Shown here in pieces: positions 24,120-37,896 of a stretch of DNA of 57,011 bases. Numbering within the stretch: position 1 is the stretch's first letter; each line of letters opens with the position of its first letter. This DNA comes from Halocafeteria seosinensis. Taxonomy: Eukaryota. A program made the position numbers and the translations under genes. The stretch is from contig LVLI01000241.1 of NCBI GenBank assembly GCA_001687465.1, positions 62,001 through 119,011 on the forward strand, read 5' to 3'. The notes beneath the pieces are model-generated. The model searched no databases. It had not been told where the DNA came from and saw only the letters and a list, made by a program, of their open reading frames with translations.

Positions 24120-24563
24120 ACGTGATACGTTTGCGTAGTCTGGGCCATAAATGTTGAGTACAGCTGCTTGTTGCTCATCCAGCTAAGCTAAACTCTTCGG
24201 CAAGTATAAGGGCTACCACTGTACAAGTAGTAAGGCTGTTCAGCTGCTAATCAGTTGAAGGTCTATATAGTTCAGCCAGGATCATAATTTTGTCCAAGAC
24301 CCACAAAATTGATGGCACTTATTCGTTCAACTGTCCTAAGTGATATAAAATGGTCACAAGTTACGTCCTTGACCACATTTCTGCTTCTTGTTCCTCTGAG
24401 GTTCGTCATTTCCGCCTTCACGCCTGAGTCCACAGGCCGACGGACCCGGCTGGCAGTACAACGAGTAAACCGGTTTCGATTGTATTCGTACTGTCGAATA
24501 TCGCATGAATAACGCTGAGTATATACTCAACGGAAGGGATAGAAAAAAAAATCAGCAGTAAAA

Positions 24564-25977
24564 ATGGCGGATGGTAATGACAATACCAGCGAGAGGGGAG
24601 GCCTTGGGAATGGGGAAGAGCACAAAGAACACCCCCAACAGAGCAGCACCCATGATGTACACCACGATGACCGTTCATCCAAGAATGATAGTCAAAAAAA
24701 GAAGGAGTACACGAAGAAGACTAAAGAAGCTCAAGAAGCATGTAAGTGAGCCAGCGGCATTCGCTGCAGGCGTGGTGGGGCTTTTGGTTTTACAAGGGAA
24801 GCATATCTGAAGCCTTCGACTGATATGATACCCCAATAATGAGCTTTGACGAAAGATTAAAATATGTATATCAAGAGGCTCTTCCAGTTTCGAATTAATG
24901 TTGTCTGCCTGTATGGACACTACTGACATTGTTGAATTCTGGGTATGGCTGACAGATAAGAAGGGAGATATAGAAGCAACCATTGCAGCTCACGATCAGA
25001 ATCCGATGCTTGCTGAAGAGAGCCATGGAGGGTAAGTGTCTCTCATTAGCTTAAAAACATACCGAATTCTGCAACCCACGTCGTATTTTATGTGATTCCC
25101 ACCGCTCAGAGCTGGGTCTGACGTCATCAAGAGCATCGTATTCGGAGGTATCGATGGCAGCATTACAGTATTCGCTGTGGTCGCCGCGGTGAGAGGTTCA
25201 GGATTAGGTGTTGAAGTGTTAATGCTCATGTCAATAGCGGCGTTAATTGGAGATGCGATATCAATGGGGTTTGGCGACTTCTTGAGCAGTACCGCTGAAA
25301 CCGATCACGTTTGGGTAGAGCGTGCCCGAGAGAAATGGGAATATGAAAACTATCCCGAAGGAGAAAAGCAAGAGATGGTCGACATTTACATAAAGAAAGG
25401 ATTCGATCCAGAAGATGCGAAACTTATCATTGACACGTATACAAAAAAACCGGAGTACGCTGATGCTTTCATTGACCACATGATGGTCGAAGAATTGGGC
25501 TTTATGGTTCCGGAGAAAGGCGCCCTTGCAACCCATGCAAAAGAAGGTACGCAGGCCACGTATTAGGGGACTTCCTATTGAAGAATTACTTGACCAAACG
25601 TATGTAAAACGTTGCACGCAGGTCTTATTACTTTCTGCAGCTTCGTGTTCTTTGGCAGTGTACCCCTGTGGTTTTATGCACTACTTTACTTTACTGACGC
25701 CCATACCAACGAGAATGATCTATTCGGTATCGCCTGCGCCGCCACTTTTGTCACGTTATATGGACTCGGTGTCGTTCAGGTATGTTGGAGGTGTTGGAGA
25801 GGCCAGTGAGACCAAAGTGCTGTTACCCTTGTCCTTTCAATTTTACAGGGAAAACTTACTGGAGGAAATAAAATTAAATCAGGGTTAGAGATGGCCATTA
25901 CAGGGGCGTTGGCTGCTGCATCCGCCTTTGTAATAGGATTAGGCCTTGAAAATGCCTTCGGCTTGAATGACTGCTAA
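24564..25977 (+). CDS. VIT1/CCC1 family transporter, copy 2 (tandem paralog)
   Basis: SIVFGGIDGSITVFA, IGDAISMGFGDFLS, EKWEYENYPEGEKQEM, HMMVEELG; same exon layout as copy 1. Confidence 0.93.
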
Positions 25978-26313
25978 GGTGATGCTTTTGTGTGTGCGTT
26001 AGAAATACACCAGCGGAAGACAAATGCGAAGTCTATAATTAGGCGCAATAGAATACGACCTCAGTTGCGTTTCGCCACGTGCCAGAGCATAGTTATGATA
26101 ACTACGAGTTGCGAGTCACACTTCCCTGGTTGAAGTGTGAGAGAATGATGGAATACCTGTTGTTCCACAGCACTACTCTCCTAGATCGATTAGAATGAGA
26201 GTAATAATACTAACGTTTCATGTTTTGAATTGATGAAAGGTTTTGTTGGAAGCTATTCGTCAAGCTTTGAATATCATACAATTGTAGCATTCATCACAGG
26301 AAAATAGGTGGGT

Positions 26314-28109
26314 ATGAGCCGCAGTTTTGGCGAAGAGCGCCCTGCCGACGAGCAGGAAGAAGGTGGATTCAGTGCATTTCTGAGAGGAACAAGAAGACTT
26401 CTTAATCGGCCATTTTTCAGCAGCGAGGATACTTCATCGTCTCGACAGTCTACACGAGGAGGCGCTTCCTCGGGCCCTCAACGCATTGCTTCCATCGACA
26501 ACGAGAAATTGCTGTCACAGGACTTATGCAATGCATATAAGAGCTCACAAGCCCTGGATACGGAAGTGAAGGATGCAGAGACGGGAGAACAATTGACTAG
26601 AACGCATGCGCTAATTCTCTACCGGGCCCAGGATCTTGTTAAGAACATCTACGGTGCTGAACGAGGAGGAGAACAGTACCGGTTGTACCTCAAGAGTAGA
26701 CATAAAGAAGACCAAATTCTAGAGACGATTAGGACTCTTTATGAGCCGCAACTTTTCCAAACAACGGCAAAGACTCTAGCATCAAGTGCTCATAGGCCCA
26801 GCAGTTTGTCTAAACGACAACTTGTAAACGCTAAGCCACTGAAAGGAGAACAAATTACGGAGCTGTCGCGGTTTCTGCATCACTGTATTGAGTTCCTGCT
26901 GAAAATCGGTAACTGGAGGTCTTGGCTACGATGCAATGCGACAGATCCTCAGGACGGCAAACTTCATCAGGCGGCTAAGAGTATACAGGAATATATTGAT
27001 TCCGTGAATGTGCCGTTTTGGGACGTCCAAATCAAAATCCCCTTGACTGTTCCGGATAGCCCTCTCGCAGAAAACAAATCACCGTATGTCGTGATCCCAG
27101 CTCACCGCTTTATCCTCACGGCGAGGACGGACTTTTTTACGAAAGCCTTGTCGCAAGAGTTACCATTAAAGGAAGCACGGGAGGGTGTCGTACAGATGGA
27201 CACTAGTTTGGCCACGTGTAGTGCTATTTTGCATCATATTTATACCGGAAGTACAGCCTATTTGTTGGAAAAATTTGACGTTGACAAAACAGAGGTCCTA
27301 CTGAGTGCCTCAAAGTATGGAGTGGAGGACCTCGCAGTAAGTTGCTTCGCTGTAGCATTCTCCACGGTGCCGCTCTTGTAAGCCTGCTTATGAGGCATGT
27401 ATGCAGACATATATAGTTGAGCACATGAAAGCGAACGTCGCGGAAGACAACGCCACTGAGGCATTGCATACTTCGCTGAGTTTACCTAAGAAATTCGGTT
27501 ATGGTTTGCGAATGAAGGCTATGGAGTTCTTGACCAAGCGCAACGACGTAAATAGCTTTGACCCTGAGTTTTGGGAGAACCTACCCCACAGTATAAAGGA
27601 GGAGATCAAGGCATTAAATAAAGCAAGAACTGAAAATCCCCTCGGTGAAGGTGAGTCTGAAATACGCTCCTCGGAGTGTTGGGCTGGGTGTGGTAATTTA
27701 AGCGGCCGTTTGCGAAATTTGGCTTGCAGCCACCTTAGGATGCATGCGAGAGTTCGTGGGCATGCTAAAGGAAGCTCGTCTGGGACAACGCGAAATGGTC
27801 GAGTCGTTGAGGGAACGTGTTAGGCAAGATGAGCGGTCGCTCGAAGAATTTAAAGCAAAAGTCAATCGCCAGCAGCAGCAGGTAGACGCCCAGATTCAAA
27901 ATGGAAGTCTCACGGGCTCCACAAAAGACCGGGCACTTGAGCTCCTCAATGGTGAATTCCATGAAATCGAGAGTAGAAAGCAATGGTTGAGCAAGCAGCA
28001 GAACCTGCTACAACAACGTGAAAGATACTTGCAGCGACTTGAAGATTACACGAACGACCAAATCCGGCAGATGGAGGCCCTCAAACAACTCAATCAGGAA
28101 CATAGTTAA
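26314..28109 (+). CDS. BTB/POZ-domain protein with C-terminal coiled coil (multi-exon)
   Basis: IPAHRFILTARTDFFTKAL, AILHHIYTG, LLSASKYGVEDL; Q/E-rich heptad tail. Confidence 0.82.
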
Positions 28110-28219
28110 GCAACTTCATTGCATTTCGCCCTTGCAACCTCTGCGGAAGAAGAGGAACCGCCCTCTTCTTGCCATGGGACATGTGTAGCATGAGGTAGAA
28201 ACCGAGCGTCTCGTCTACT

Positions 28220-28838
28220 TCATGAATTCCCAGAATCATCGAAAATCATCGATATTGTATCACGCAACAACTCTTCACAGTACTGGCCTGTCCTGTAAAT
28301 CTCACTGGAGCTCTGCAAGTCCCCTAGGCGTTGGTGAAGCTCATGTACGCAATCTGTGGCCCGTTTTCGTAAATCCTCGCGCCTCTCGATTTCTAGTGTT
28401 CTTGTCTCGACGCTGCAACTACATAGCATAACGCATGCAGGATCGGGATGACGACCCATTACAACCCAGCCACACCACGTACGCATCTCGTAGCTTTTTG
28501 ATCTCAGCATCTTTCCGTTGCATTTCAATTTTGGCAGTTGTATAGAGAGATGATATATTCCTTTCCAGAACGGCATTCTTGTCTTTCAAAAATTGATTCT
28601 GTATCTCATACACGGCCTTCCAGGGATGACCTAATTGTGATGTGTCGAACGTAGCACAATCTTACTTCCTTCCTGGAATCTTCCAGTTTATCAAGTGCAT
28701 CTTGCTTCTCACGTTTTTCTTTCTTTAACTCTGCATATAGCTGCATTTCAGTTGCAATCGTCGTACTTTGCAATACTTCCAGGATTCCCTTCTCTCACTC
28801 ACTTGTTCAGCGTCGATTCCTTGGTCTTTATCGCTCAT
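28220..28838 (-). CDS. Small coiled-coil protein with a FLASH/CASP8AP2-like N-terminal motif (multi-exon; 3' end uncertain)
   Basis: Spliced by eye: MSDKDQGIDAEQ|LYAELKKEKREKQDALDKLEDSRKE|NQFLKDKNAVLERNISSLYTTAKIEMQRKDAEIKKLR. Confidence 0.6.
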
Positions 28839-29132
28839 CGCTCTCACTTCCCTAAGCCCTTATATCACTATATAAACTTAATCACTAACTACTCTACATT
28901 GAATGCAAACGATATCGTCATACAGGTGCTGTATAGGGGAGAATCAAGACCGGACAAGATATTGAAGAAGGAAGCAATCTTTGACTTCCCCCTAGATTCT
29001 TGTATTCAGCTGGTTTGTTTGCGTCACTTGAGTGATGGAATGAATGAGAGAGAAATCAGCAATAGGGAGAAAGTCCGTTTTTTACACATGCGTGTATAGT
29101 GTAGTGTTTATTTGTGTCAAGAGTTGTAGATC

Positions 29133-31246
29133 ATGGCAGCCGAAGAAGACAAGACCCACGAATGGGAGGAGCTGCATCAAGGTGACGAAGATAGCGCCAA
29201 AAAAGAATACAATGAGGGTGAAGGAGCTGCTGATAAACCTATAGACCGCAAACAGCGGCGCAAGAAAAACAAGAAGAAAGGGGGACAGGGAGAGGAAGAA
29301 GAAGGAAGTGGAGCCGGAGCAACTTCATCTGGCGCAGCGGCTGATTCCGCAAGTCAAGCTGCCGATATGGTCAAATCCATGCGAATTCAAGAGGTGAGTC
29401 GTCTCCACCAGAAGCACTTTGATTGATTTGCATCGAACTTTGGATCCGCACTATTGCAGATGCTGAAAGCTATGGGACAACAACCTGAAGCAGAGGAGGA
29501 CCCTGAGAAGAAAGAGCACAAGTTTTGGAAGACACAACCGGTTCCCGGATTCGGTGAGTAATTTTTTGGTGACATATGCTGTTCATCCTCCTAGTTCACT
29601 TATAGAGCTTGGCGAATTACCCTTTATTTATACTCCAGATGAAGATGTCAGCAAGCAAGGACCTCTTGACGAACCAAAGACACCTGCCGATGTCAAGCAG
29701 GAACCATACAATCTTCCGGATGGTTTTAAATGGGTCGAGATCGATGTCACTAGCGAAGAAGAGATTAAGGAACTCTACGAACTTCTTTCCTTCAATTACG
29801 TGGAAGATGATGACAACATGTTCCGCTTCGACTATTCTCCCGAATTCTTGCGATGGTAAGGATGATCTATCCCAGAATGATGCTAGGCCCCCTCGTTAAG
29901 TATGTTGCGCTCTTGCTGTACAGGGCACTTAGTCCTCCGGGCTATTACAAAGAGTGGCATCTTGGCTTACGCAATACCAAGAACGGGAAGCTATTGGCCT
30001 TTATTTCCGGGGTTCCAGCTCGTGTAGATGTACACAAAAAGTGAGTGGGCAGAAATGCTCTAAGGCGATTATTTCCAGTAACAACCTCAAGCATGCCCAC
30101 TTTTATTTTAACACAGACCTTTAGACCTCTGTGAAATCAATTTCTTGTGTATCCACAAGAAACTGAGGGCAAAACGGTTAGCACCTGTACTCATTAGAGA
30201 GGTAACACGGAGAGTAAACTTAAAAGGTATGCAGTTGTGCAATCCACTCGCTCACCAACTATATCACAGGACAGGTCGTTTTGCACACTCTCGCTGCAGA
30301 TATCTGGCAAGCTGTTTACACTGCCGGCGTCGTTCTTCCACGTCCAGTTGCTCGCTGCCGTTACTATCACCGCCCTTTGAACCCCAAGAAACTTGTTGAG
30401 GTTGGATTTTCTCAGAAGTCTCCTCAAATGACTATGGCCAGACTTATTCGAAGACACAAACTTCCAGATGTGAGTGTATTTGAGCTAGCAAATAAGAGCA
30501 TGCCTCAGGTCAGTAGTGCGTTTTGTAAATGATGCAGAAGCCGCAACTGTCTGGTTGGAGGTCAATGGAGCGTAAAGACCTTCCGCGGGTAAGGAAAATG
30601 GTGAATACGTATCTCTCTAAGTAAGTTCTTCCATTGCTAATGGAAGGTTCTATCTGTGGTGTATATTGTTTTATACCATTCTTCAGGTATAAACTGAGGC
30701 CTATTTTTGAGACGGAAGAAGAATGTGGCCATTGGATACTACCCCGAGATGGAGTCGTGAATTCTTACGTTTTAGAGGAGAATCCATCAAAGAAAGTTAC
30801 CGATTTCATCTCCTTTTATCATCTACCCAGCACTGTTATAGGTACGTTTTGGCGGAATTCGTTTCTGGATCGGATATACTTGACTTGGATAAAATCATGC
30901 TCTATTTCAGGCCACCCCAAGCATTCGAAGCTCCGCGCTGCCTACTTTTTCTACAGCGTCGCTGAGAAACACTCATGGTTCGATGTTATGAAAGACGCGC
31001 TAATCTTTGCCCGCGATTTAGATGTCGATGTCTTCAATGCACTGGACCTAATGGAGAATTCACAGTGGCTCAAGGTAAGCAGCTCTTATAAGTACAACGG
31101 ATCAGCTGTTTCGACCATTGGTTCCTCTTTCGTCCTTGCTGCAGGACCATAAGTTTGGGGAAGGCGACGGAGATCTACACTATTATCTCTACAACTGGGC
31201 ATGCCCCGCAATGGACAGGACTGACGTCGGTCTGGTTCTTTTGTAG
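29133..31246 (+). CDS. NMT: Glycylpeptide N-myristoyltransferase (multi-exon)
   Basis: [81 protein letters not shown], terminal VGLVLL*. Confidence 0.98.
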
Positions 31247-31834
31247 ATTACCATGACTGCGTTTCGAGTCTACTCGGATAGTAAAACCATATTATCAACA
31301 AATAGTGATTTATCGAGTTTCTTGACAACTTCACAACTAGCTCCAATGAACTTCTACAGTGTCTACACCATATACAATATGATATATTGGATGGTTCCTG
31401 AAGTGATTAGTTTGCTTCAGATTGAGAATCGTTGTAGAACTCACGAACTGTAGGGACGTACCATGGTATTCTTCCCAGAAAGAGCTTACTATCTTCCAGC
31501 AACTGCTCAAACAGCAATTATTTGTGAGATTTTGACCCACTAGCCAACATCATTGTAATCGTGTGTATTCATTGTATCACTCTCACTTTGTAAGACTCTT
31601 GACTTCAATCACTTCTTGACGGGGCGCCGCGCCGGGGGGCCCGGTACGGCGCGGTCCCAGGTCCGTTGGTTGGTTACAGTTAACGCATACACGATGGATG
31701 CTCATTCTTGTGCGAATATGTAGTCCATGATATCATCGAATGTACTTCCAATGTTGCTCTGGTCTGAATAAGAGTGATAAAGAGACAGAGAGGCGCTTGT
31801 ACTCACGTATTTCTTGTCCTTCCCGAGCGCAAGC

Positions 31835-33670
31835 ATGAGCCCTTCTGGGACATCTCCCCATAGTAATGCCAATGGAGCAGCTGGTTACAGCGACAATGGG
31901 CAACACAATACGTCCGGAGAAAGACAACACCAGCAGCGGAATACGGAGTACTCAACCCCTCAGAGCCATACCTCTGATAATAGCCATGATCGTGTGGCCA
32001 ACACGGGAGGCGAGGATACGACGTATTGGGACGAACGACGAGAGCATACAGGGTATTCCAGAAACGATACGGAGTCCCCCGAGTATGCTGAAAATGAACA
32101 GTCATTCCGGGTCCAAGGAGGTGTTGATTCGTATGAGCATATAGACCCGGTACGTACCGGTGAAGCCCTGGAGATGCTAGAATGTCTATAGATGCATGCA
32201 TGGATATTGTAATGCTCTGGAAGTGCAGGATAGCGCCTACAGAGTTGAGGAGAACCAGATGCAATTCCTTGAAGGTGTGCTAAAGGAACTGATTTGTCTG
32301 TTACTTTGTTGGTTCATTACAATCTGTTTGAATGTGTGCAGAAGCGTTCAAGAAATTCGATAGTTCTGGCAATGGACGCGTCCCCACCTTTGATTTACCG
32401 GCGTTATTGGAATCTATTGGAAGAAATCCCAGTGATGGTGCGTACGCATTAGTAATGATACTTGGTGTAGATTTCATTCTTACGTGTAAGAGCTCTATGC
32501 AGCCGACAATATGCTAAAGGACTTTGACCCTGATAGGACGAAGTCTATGACATTCCAGCAGTTCGTGGATCTGCTAAACGTGGGCCGCCGTAAGCGATCC
32601 GACTACTAGTTGTTTATAGTCTACCTTGCTGGAATATGACCCTGTTTTCATTTTTCTCAGCCCCTTTACCGGATGATTCCCCCGACCCGAAGATCTACGA
32701 GTTCATAAGAGTGCTCGAAGAATACCGAGTGAAATGTGAAGACGAGGGAAACTATCTTGAAGCTGGACGGGCTGCAAAGCAACTTGCTGTCCTCCGGAAA
32801 CAGGTTCGTATTTCTGTATTATAATATATGTTTTATTTTTTAGATCTAACGTTCGTTGTCATTGTGGTGTCGCTGGATATGATAACAGGAAGAACGCCGC
32901 CAGAATAAAGCTTTACGTGCGCGGCAATTAGCGGAGAGACAGGACGTTCAAATCGCTCATAACATGCAGTTTGCTGAATTCAATTCTGCATGGGATCGGT
33001 ATATAGCGGAATATGACCAAATGGCACAGATGTACATAAAACAGATGACCGAAAAGCACACGCAAAAGCTCAAGGAGTTTCAACAGGCTCTGCATACAGA
33101 GCTGATCTCGAAACCTCCTCGTTTTTCAAGGGAGCTTTTAGATTGGAGAAAACGACAAACTCTACTTGCAAAGTAAGTATTCTAGGTGCACTCAATTTTT
33201 ATGTTTACCTGAAATAGACATTTTCCTATTTCAGACAAAGGAAGTACGCGGAGGCACAGAAGATAAAGAGAATCGCCGATGAGCTGGAAAAACGAGAACG
33301 CATGAAAATGGATGAACATCGCTTAAAGGTTTTTCAACAGCGCGAACAGAAATTTCGGCAGCAGCAAAAGCAGGAACTGGCCTCGCTACTTAAACGAATT
33401 GATGTACGGAGGCGGGAGCACTTGAAGCAACGAGAGAATGATACGAAACGACTTCTGCAACGGAACAAAAACGTACAGCAAGTACTGGAAACCAAACAAT
33501 CAATGGAACTCAACAAACGCCGCCAAGAGATTAAATTATCCTTGGCTCCAAAGCAACACACTATGCAGAGAGAGTCGAATAGAAGCCCTGGGGCCACCTC
33601 TGTTTCCCGGTCTAGGAGCGCAAGTCCTCAGAAGGGGCTTACCACTGGCAGTACCAGCCCCTCTCGGTAG
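31835..33670 (+). CDS. EF-hand plus long coiled-coil protein (multi-exon), uncharacterised family
   Basis: EAFKKFDSSGNGRV and a second EF-like DFDPDRTKSM segment; IRVLEEYRVKCEDEGNYLEA; long charged coiled coil. Confidence 0.75.
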
Positions 33671-34123
33671 TTGCGTTTATTCTACCGCCGCAAAGCCTGG
33701 GTGTAATGTGGAAACCGCTCTCAGCTATATTAATGTATGTTTCAATAGGTCGTTTAATGGACAGTATAAGGATTGAGTACTACCACATCACTGTACAATC
33801 GGATGATGTAACAAAACAATCCATGATTGTCCAGGGCATACCAGCAGCATCCTTCACAAGGAATAAACAAGTATCTTTTTCATCCTCGATCGATGCTTAC
33901 TGATAAGTTATCAGTGATACAACAGCGGAGCGGTCAGTTTGTTGTGCTTCTGGGAGCTGTTTTCCGCAGCGCGCTCTGCCCAAATTCAAACAACGCTTCA
34001 AATTCAAATGAGGGAAGAGCCCAGAAAACAAGGCGGTTCTGTGTTGATGCGACAGAGAACATTGGCCCTACAAATTTTGTCAATTGTTGCAAACACTTGC
34101 AGTAGAACGTGTAGTGAGCAAAT

Positions 34124-37100
34124 ATGTCACAAGAAGAGGAAGACGGCCCTGAGCAAAGCTTCTTCAATGCTGGCATTTTTAAACAGTACGGCTTTTCTGA
34201 TCGTATACCACGAGATGAGGGCGATGCTGAAGGCCAAAGACAGACCCGCAAGTCCTATAGTGGTTCTCAGCAACAGAAACAACCCTCCAGCGCGCCGGAT
34301 ATCGACCTAGAGGAGCAAGAGAAAGACGATTTGTTCATTGAAAATGACCTTTCAGATGAAGAAAATGCCCCCCAACAGAAACACTCGCGTCAAGGGGCCA
34401 CAGATGAGAATCCGAAGCAAACCAAACCCAGCCCAGCTCAGAAACGGAGGAGTCAACAACTCGAGCAACCGGAAACCACCGAAGAAACATCGGAAATTAA
34501 GAGCCAACGAATTGATCTCCATGATTGGTGCACCTACTTGGGGGAATATAGCTCTCGCTGGAATCCAGAAACAGGGAAACAAGAACCAGAATTCATTCGA
34601 AATCCTGACTGTATACTCTCCCTAAAGAAAATTAGAAAGTAAGCCATTGGTTATTTGAAGGAGCTTTTATTGTGGAAACGAATGGTATACTCCCGCCACA
34701 GGTATCTCGCTGAGGATTTGGACAACGACAAAGCCCGAGTTGCGCGATGGCTCGGGGAATGGAGGATCGTTGAGCAAAAGCTTCTGCCTTTAATGGCTAA
34801 GTACGAAGAAGACAAGTATGTCAAATTGCAATTGGTTGCCTATGGGTTGTGACTCGGCTTTACCTCTACAAACACTACCTGTCCAGGGAAGTGTTTCTGC
34901 GCTGCATTCACATAATGTGGGCACTTACTAGGTCGGTAGACGACAATGAGGCGGGAACTCCTATTAGCAAACGTTACAGACAAGAAGTTTTGGACTATCA
35001 GCGTCGTTTCAAAAGGCAGATAGCATCGCATAGCGATGTTATCAAGTTGCTGACGAAACTGCTATTTGAACCGTTAAGAGTTCGCAAAGAACGAGAAGCA
35101 TCCAGATACTCTGAAGCACGTGGACAGGACACCCTTGAGCAAAGGAGATTTGACCGGGAAAAACTGGATAGTGGAGAGCTAGATGACAACGCTCTTCTAA
35201 CGTTGTCTCTTGTTAACCACCTTCTCCTCATCCCTGATACTCCGGGTGATCCTGCCCCTTCGACCGCTCTCATCACTTCAATGGAGGCTTACGGCATATT
35301 TGACGTTATGCGAGGCCTTGCCCAGCAGCTTAATTCTGAGCGCTACTCTTCGAAATACTCGGCGTACGTTTTCCCATTGTTAGAGTTCTACTACGCCCTG
35401 TTTGGGATGGTAGCTCCCGAACTGGTTGTCAAAGCGTCAGAAGCCGAGACTCGGGCACGAGAGAGAAAACAGCAGAACCTCAAGAATAGGAAAACGCCTA
35501 GTAGCAAAAATGCTGCTCAACAGTCAGTAGATAACACAGATCCTCTTATAGCACTGCGAACCCAAGAGAAACGCAACAAGCAAATGCGCGGAGAAACGGG
35601 GTCAAGTAGTCGTCATCCGAAATTTTCGGGTTCTTACGCCGTGATGCATAAGAATTCGCGACAAGTATTCAGTGATGCATTTCATGTTCAGAATCCTGAG
35701 GAAAAGCTGAGTACAAATGCGAGACGCAAACCGCATAAGGCAAGGAAGAAAAAACAAGATAATTCCATATGCCCGGGGGGAATGGTACACTATCTGCAGC
35801 CGGACGCTTTAGGCGCATATGAACTGGAAGCGATGGCGATGGGAGAGGACCCGCGGTTCGAAATACTCACTGTACTGTATCGAGCTGCCGATGCGTTTAT
35901 TGCTGGTGAAACGGACGAAGTTGACGAGGATGCTTTTGCTCCTGTCACCAGTTGCTTTGCTCATCTGATACGTGCTTGCGCTAAGACGATTGCCTATGGC
36001 AGTGGGGTTACTGAGCGAGACCGTCTCCGTTTCTTACGCGTGATGTCATTTGGCATTGGTTTCTCTCGCTGGCAATCCTTCAGCATCACTGACCAATTGA
36101 ACTTCCATCCGGGCGATGTTCGTGTGACGTTGGATCGTTTCACGTTCACTGTTGTCCTCACAGCAATGGAAAACTACAAAACTTGGAAGCAGTTCGATGC
36201 TACTAAGGTCGCTGTGACCGCTTTGAAGGAAATGGTCGCTCTGTTGATGGCGCTGTTCCAGAGCCAACATCCCATGTCACAAACGTTGGCATTTGCGTTA
36301 GAAACTTCAGTGCTAGGAGAGCGCGAAGTAATAGATAGCATACCGCCACTGCTACGTCAGTGGGACCCAGAGAAGAGCGATCATGATTATGAACGGATTT
36401 TGATCGAGCTTTGCTATTTTATGCGCAAGACGGCAGCACAACTTGTCGAGCGTGGCACCAAGATACGCAAGAAGAACAGAATAAAGCAGCGATCGAATGA
36501 AAACGAAGAAGATATTGCGGAACGAAACGAAAGAGAGCGAGAACGCCAAGAAGAAGTTGGAATGGACATGGACCAATACTTAAAGCAATTTGTTCATAAC
36601 AACGTTGTCCGTTTGCATATTGCTGCCCTGTGGAGATACCAGTCCAATGGTCTTCGAGTCAACAACTATATTTTGGACTTCATGGAACAGTTAGCTTCAT
36701 TTAAAGATTCTACCAAAAGCCTTGCTTCCGCATATTCATGTGAACCGATGCTCTGGCATTTTTCGTTCATAGATTTGCTACCGCAAGCACTTTCTGACTC
36801 GTTCATAAAATCGAATCCGGACTATCGAGCGTTGCTGGATTTCATGCGCAGTCAAACGAGACATATAATGAGGTTTCTGAAGAAGAAGCCACTCATTATG
36901 GCGGAGATGTTGTTTTGGAGAGAAAAACAGATAAACAGGCTGATCGCCAACGATTACAAGCCATTGGAACTAGTGGAAAGACGAGAAAAGAAGAAGTCTA
37001 AGGCACAATTGGCCAGAGAAGAAGCGGAGCGTGAAGCATACCTGAACAAACTTGCCAACGAAGAAAACGACTCAGAGTATGAGTTTTCGGAAGCCAATGC

Positions 37101-37866
37101 TGCAGAACTCGACGGAGGAATGATCATAGACCCCGAAGCAAAGAAGAAAAACTCTAACAAGAAGAGCAAGAAACGTCTTTGGACGGAGGAAGAAGAGAAA
37201 AAATTGGCAGAGCTGTACAAGAAGTATTGTGATCTTGATAGTTGTTTCGATCTTATTGCTAGTGAGGAGCCATTCCAACAGACCGCGAAAGGGACCGCAC
37301 AACTACGTCAGCGAGCACGTAAGCTAGGGCTAATCGGCAAGAAAAAACGATCATCTACGACGACAAAGGGCAACAAACGGTCGGCAAGTGCATTGACATT
37401 TGATATAGAGCAAGTTCGAAGGTGTCTCGACACATTGCGTCAAGATAATAACATTTCCTGGTCCTCCGTTAGAGAATGGCTGCTCGAACAATTGAAGAGG
37501 ATGCTCAAAATCATACGCGTGACAGTCCCTTCAGACGAAGAATGCGCTAACAACACCAATGCCCTAACTAGCCGACTGTTGGATACCGAGGAGTACAAAA
37601 ATGCTATCGGAGTAGGGCTGCCTTTGGTACCCCTATCGGACGAACACTTTGGTTGGGTGAAAAGCCCCGCTGTTAAGGAACTACTCGATTCCATTGGATT
37701 CGCCAAAGGAGAATGGCTGTATTGCTGTAACGTCATGGTTCCCATTTATCATCTGCTTCGGAGCTACGTTATCATCCATTCCGACTGTGAACAAAGCACC
37801 ACCTCCTCGCCACAAAAGAACCGAAGACGGAACAATCTGGTAATCGAGGACAGCGACTCAGAATAA
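34124..37866 (+). CDS. TIMELESS: Timeless/Tof1/Swi1 replication-fork protection protein
   Basis: CILSLKKIRK|YLAED...LGEWRIVEQKLLPLM, SSRHPKFSGSY, EMLFWR, WTEEEEKKLAELYKKY, LPLVP. Confidence 0.85.
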
Positions 37867-37896
37867 TCCAACACAAGCGCTTCCGTCCTATGCTGT

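Noticed and set aside
31608..31700. Faint resemblance to the U1 snRNA or SRP RNA 5' end
   Set aside because: Lacks ACTTACCTG, the U1 loop I sequence, a suitably placed Sm site and SRP helix motifs; kept only as an unexplained hairpin
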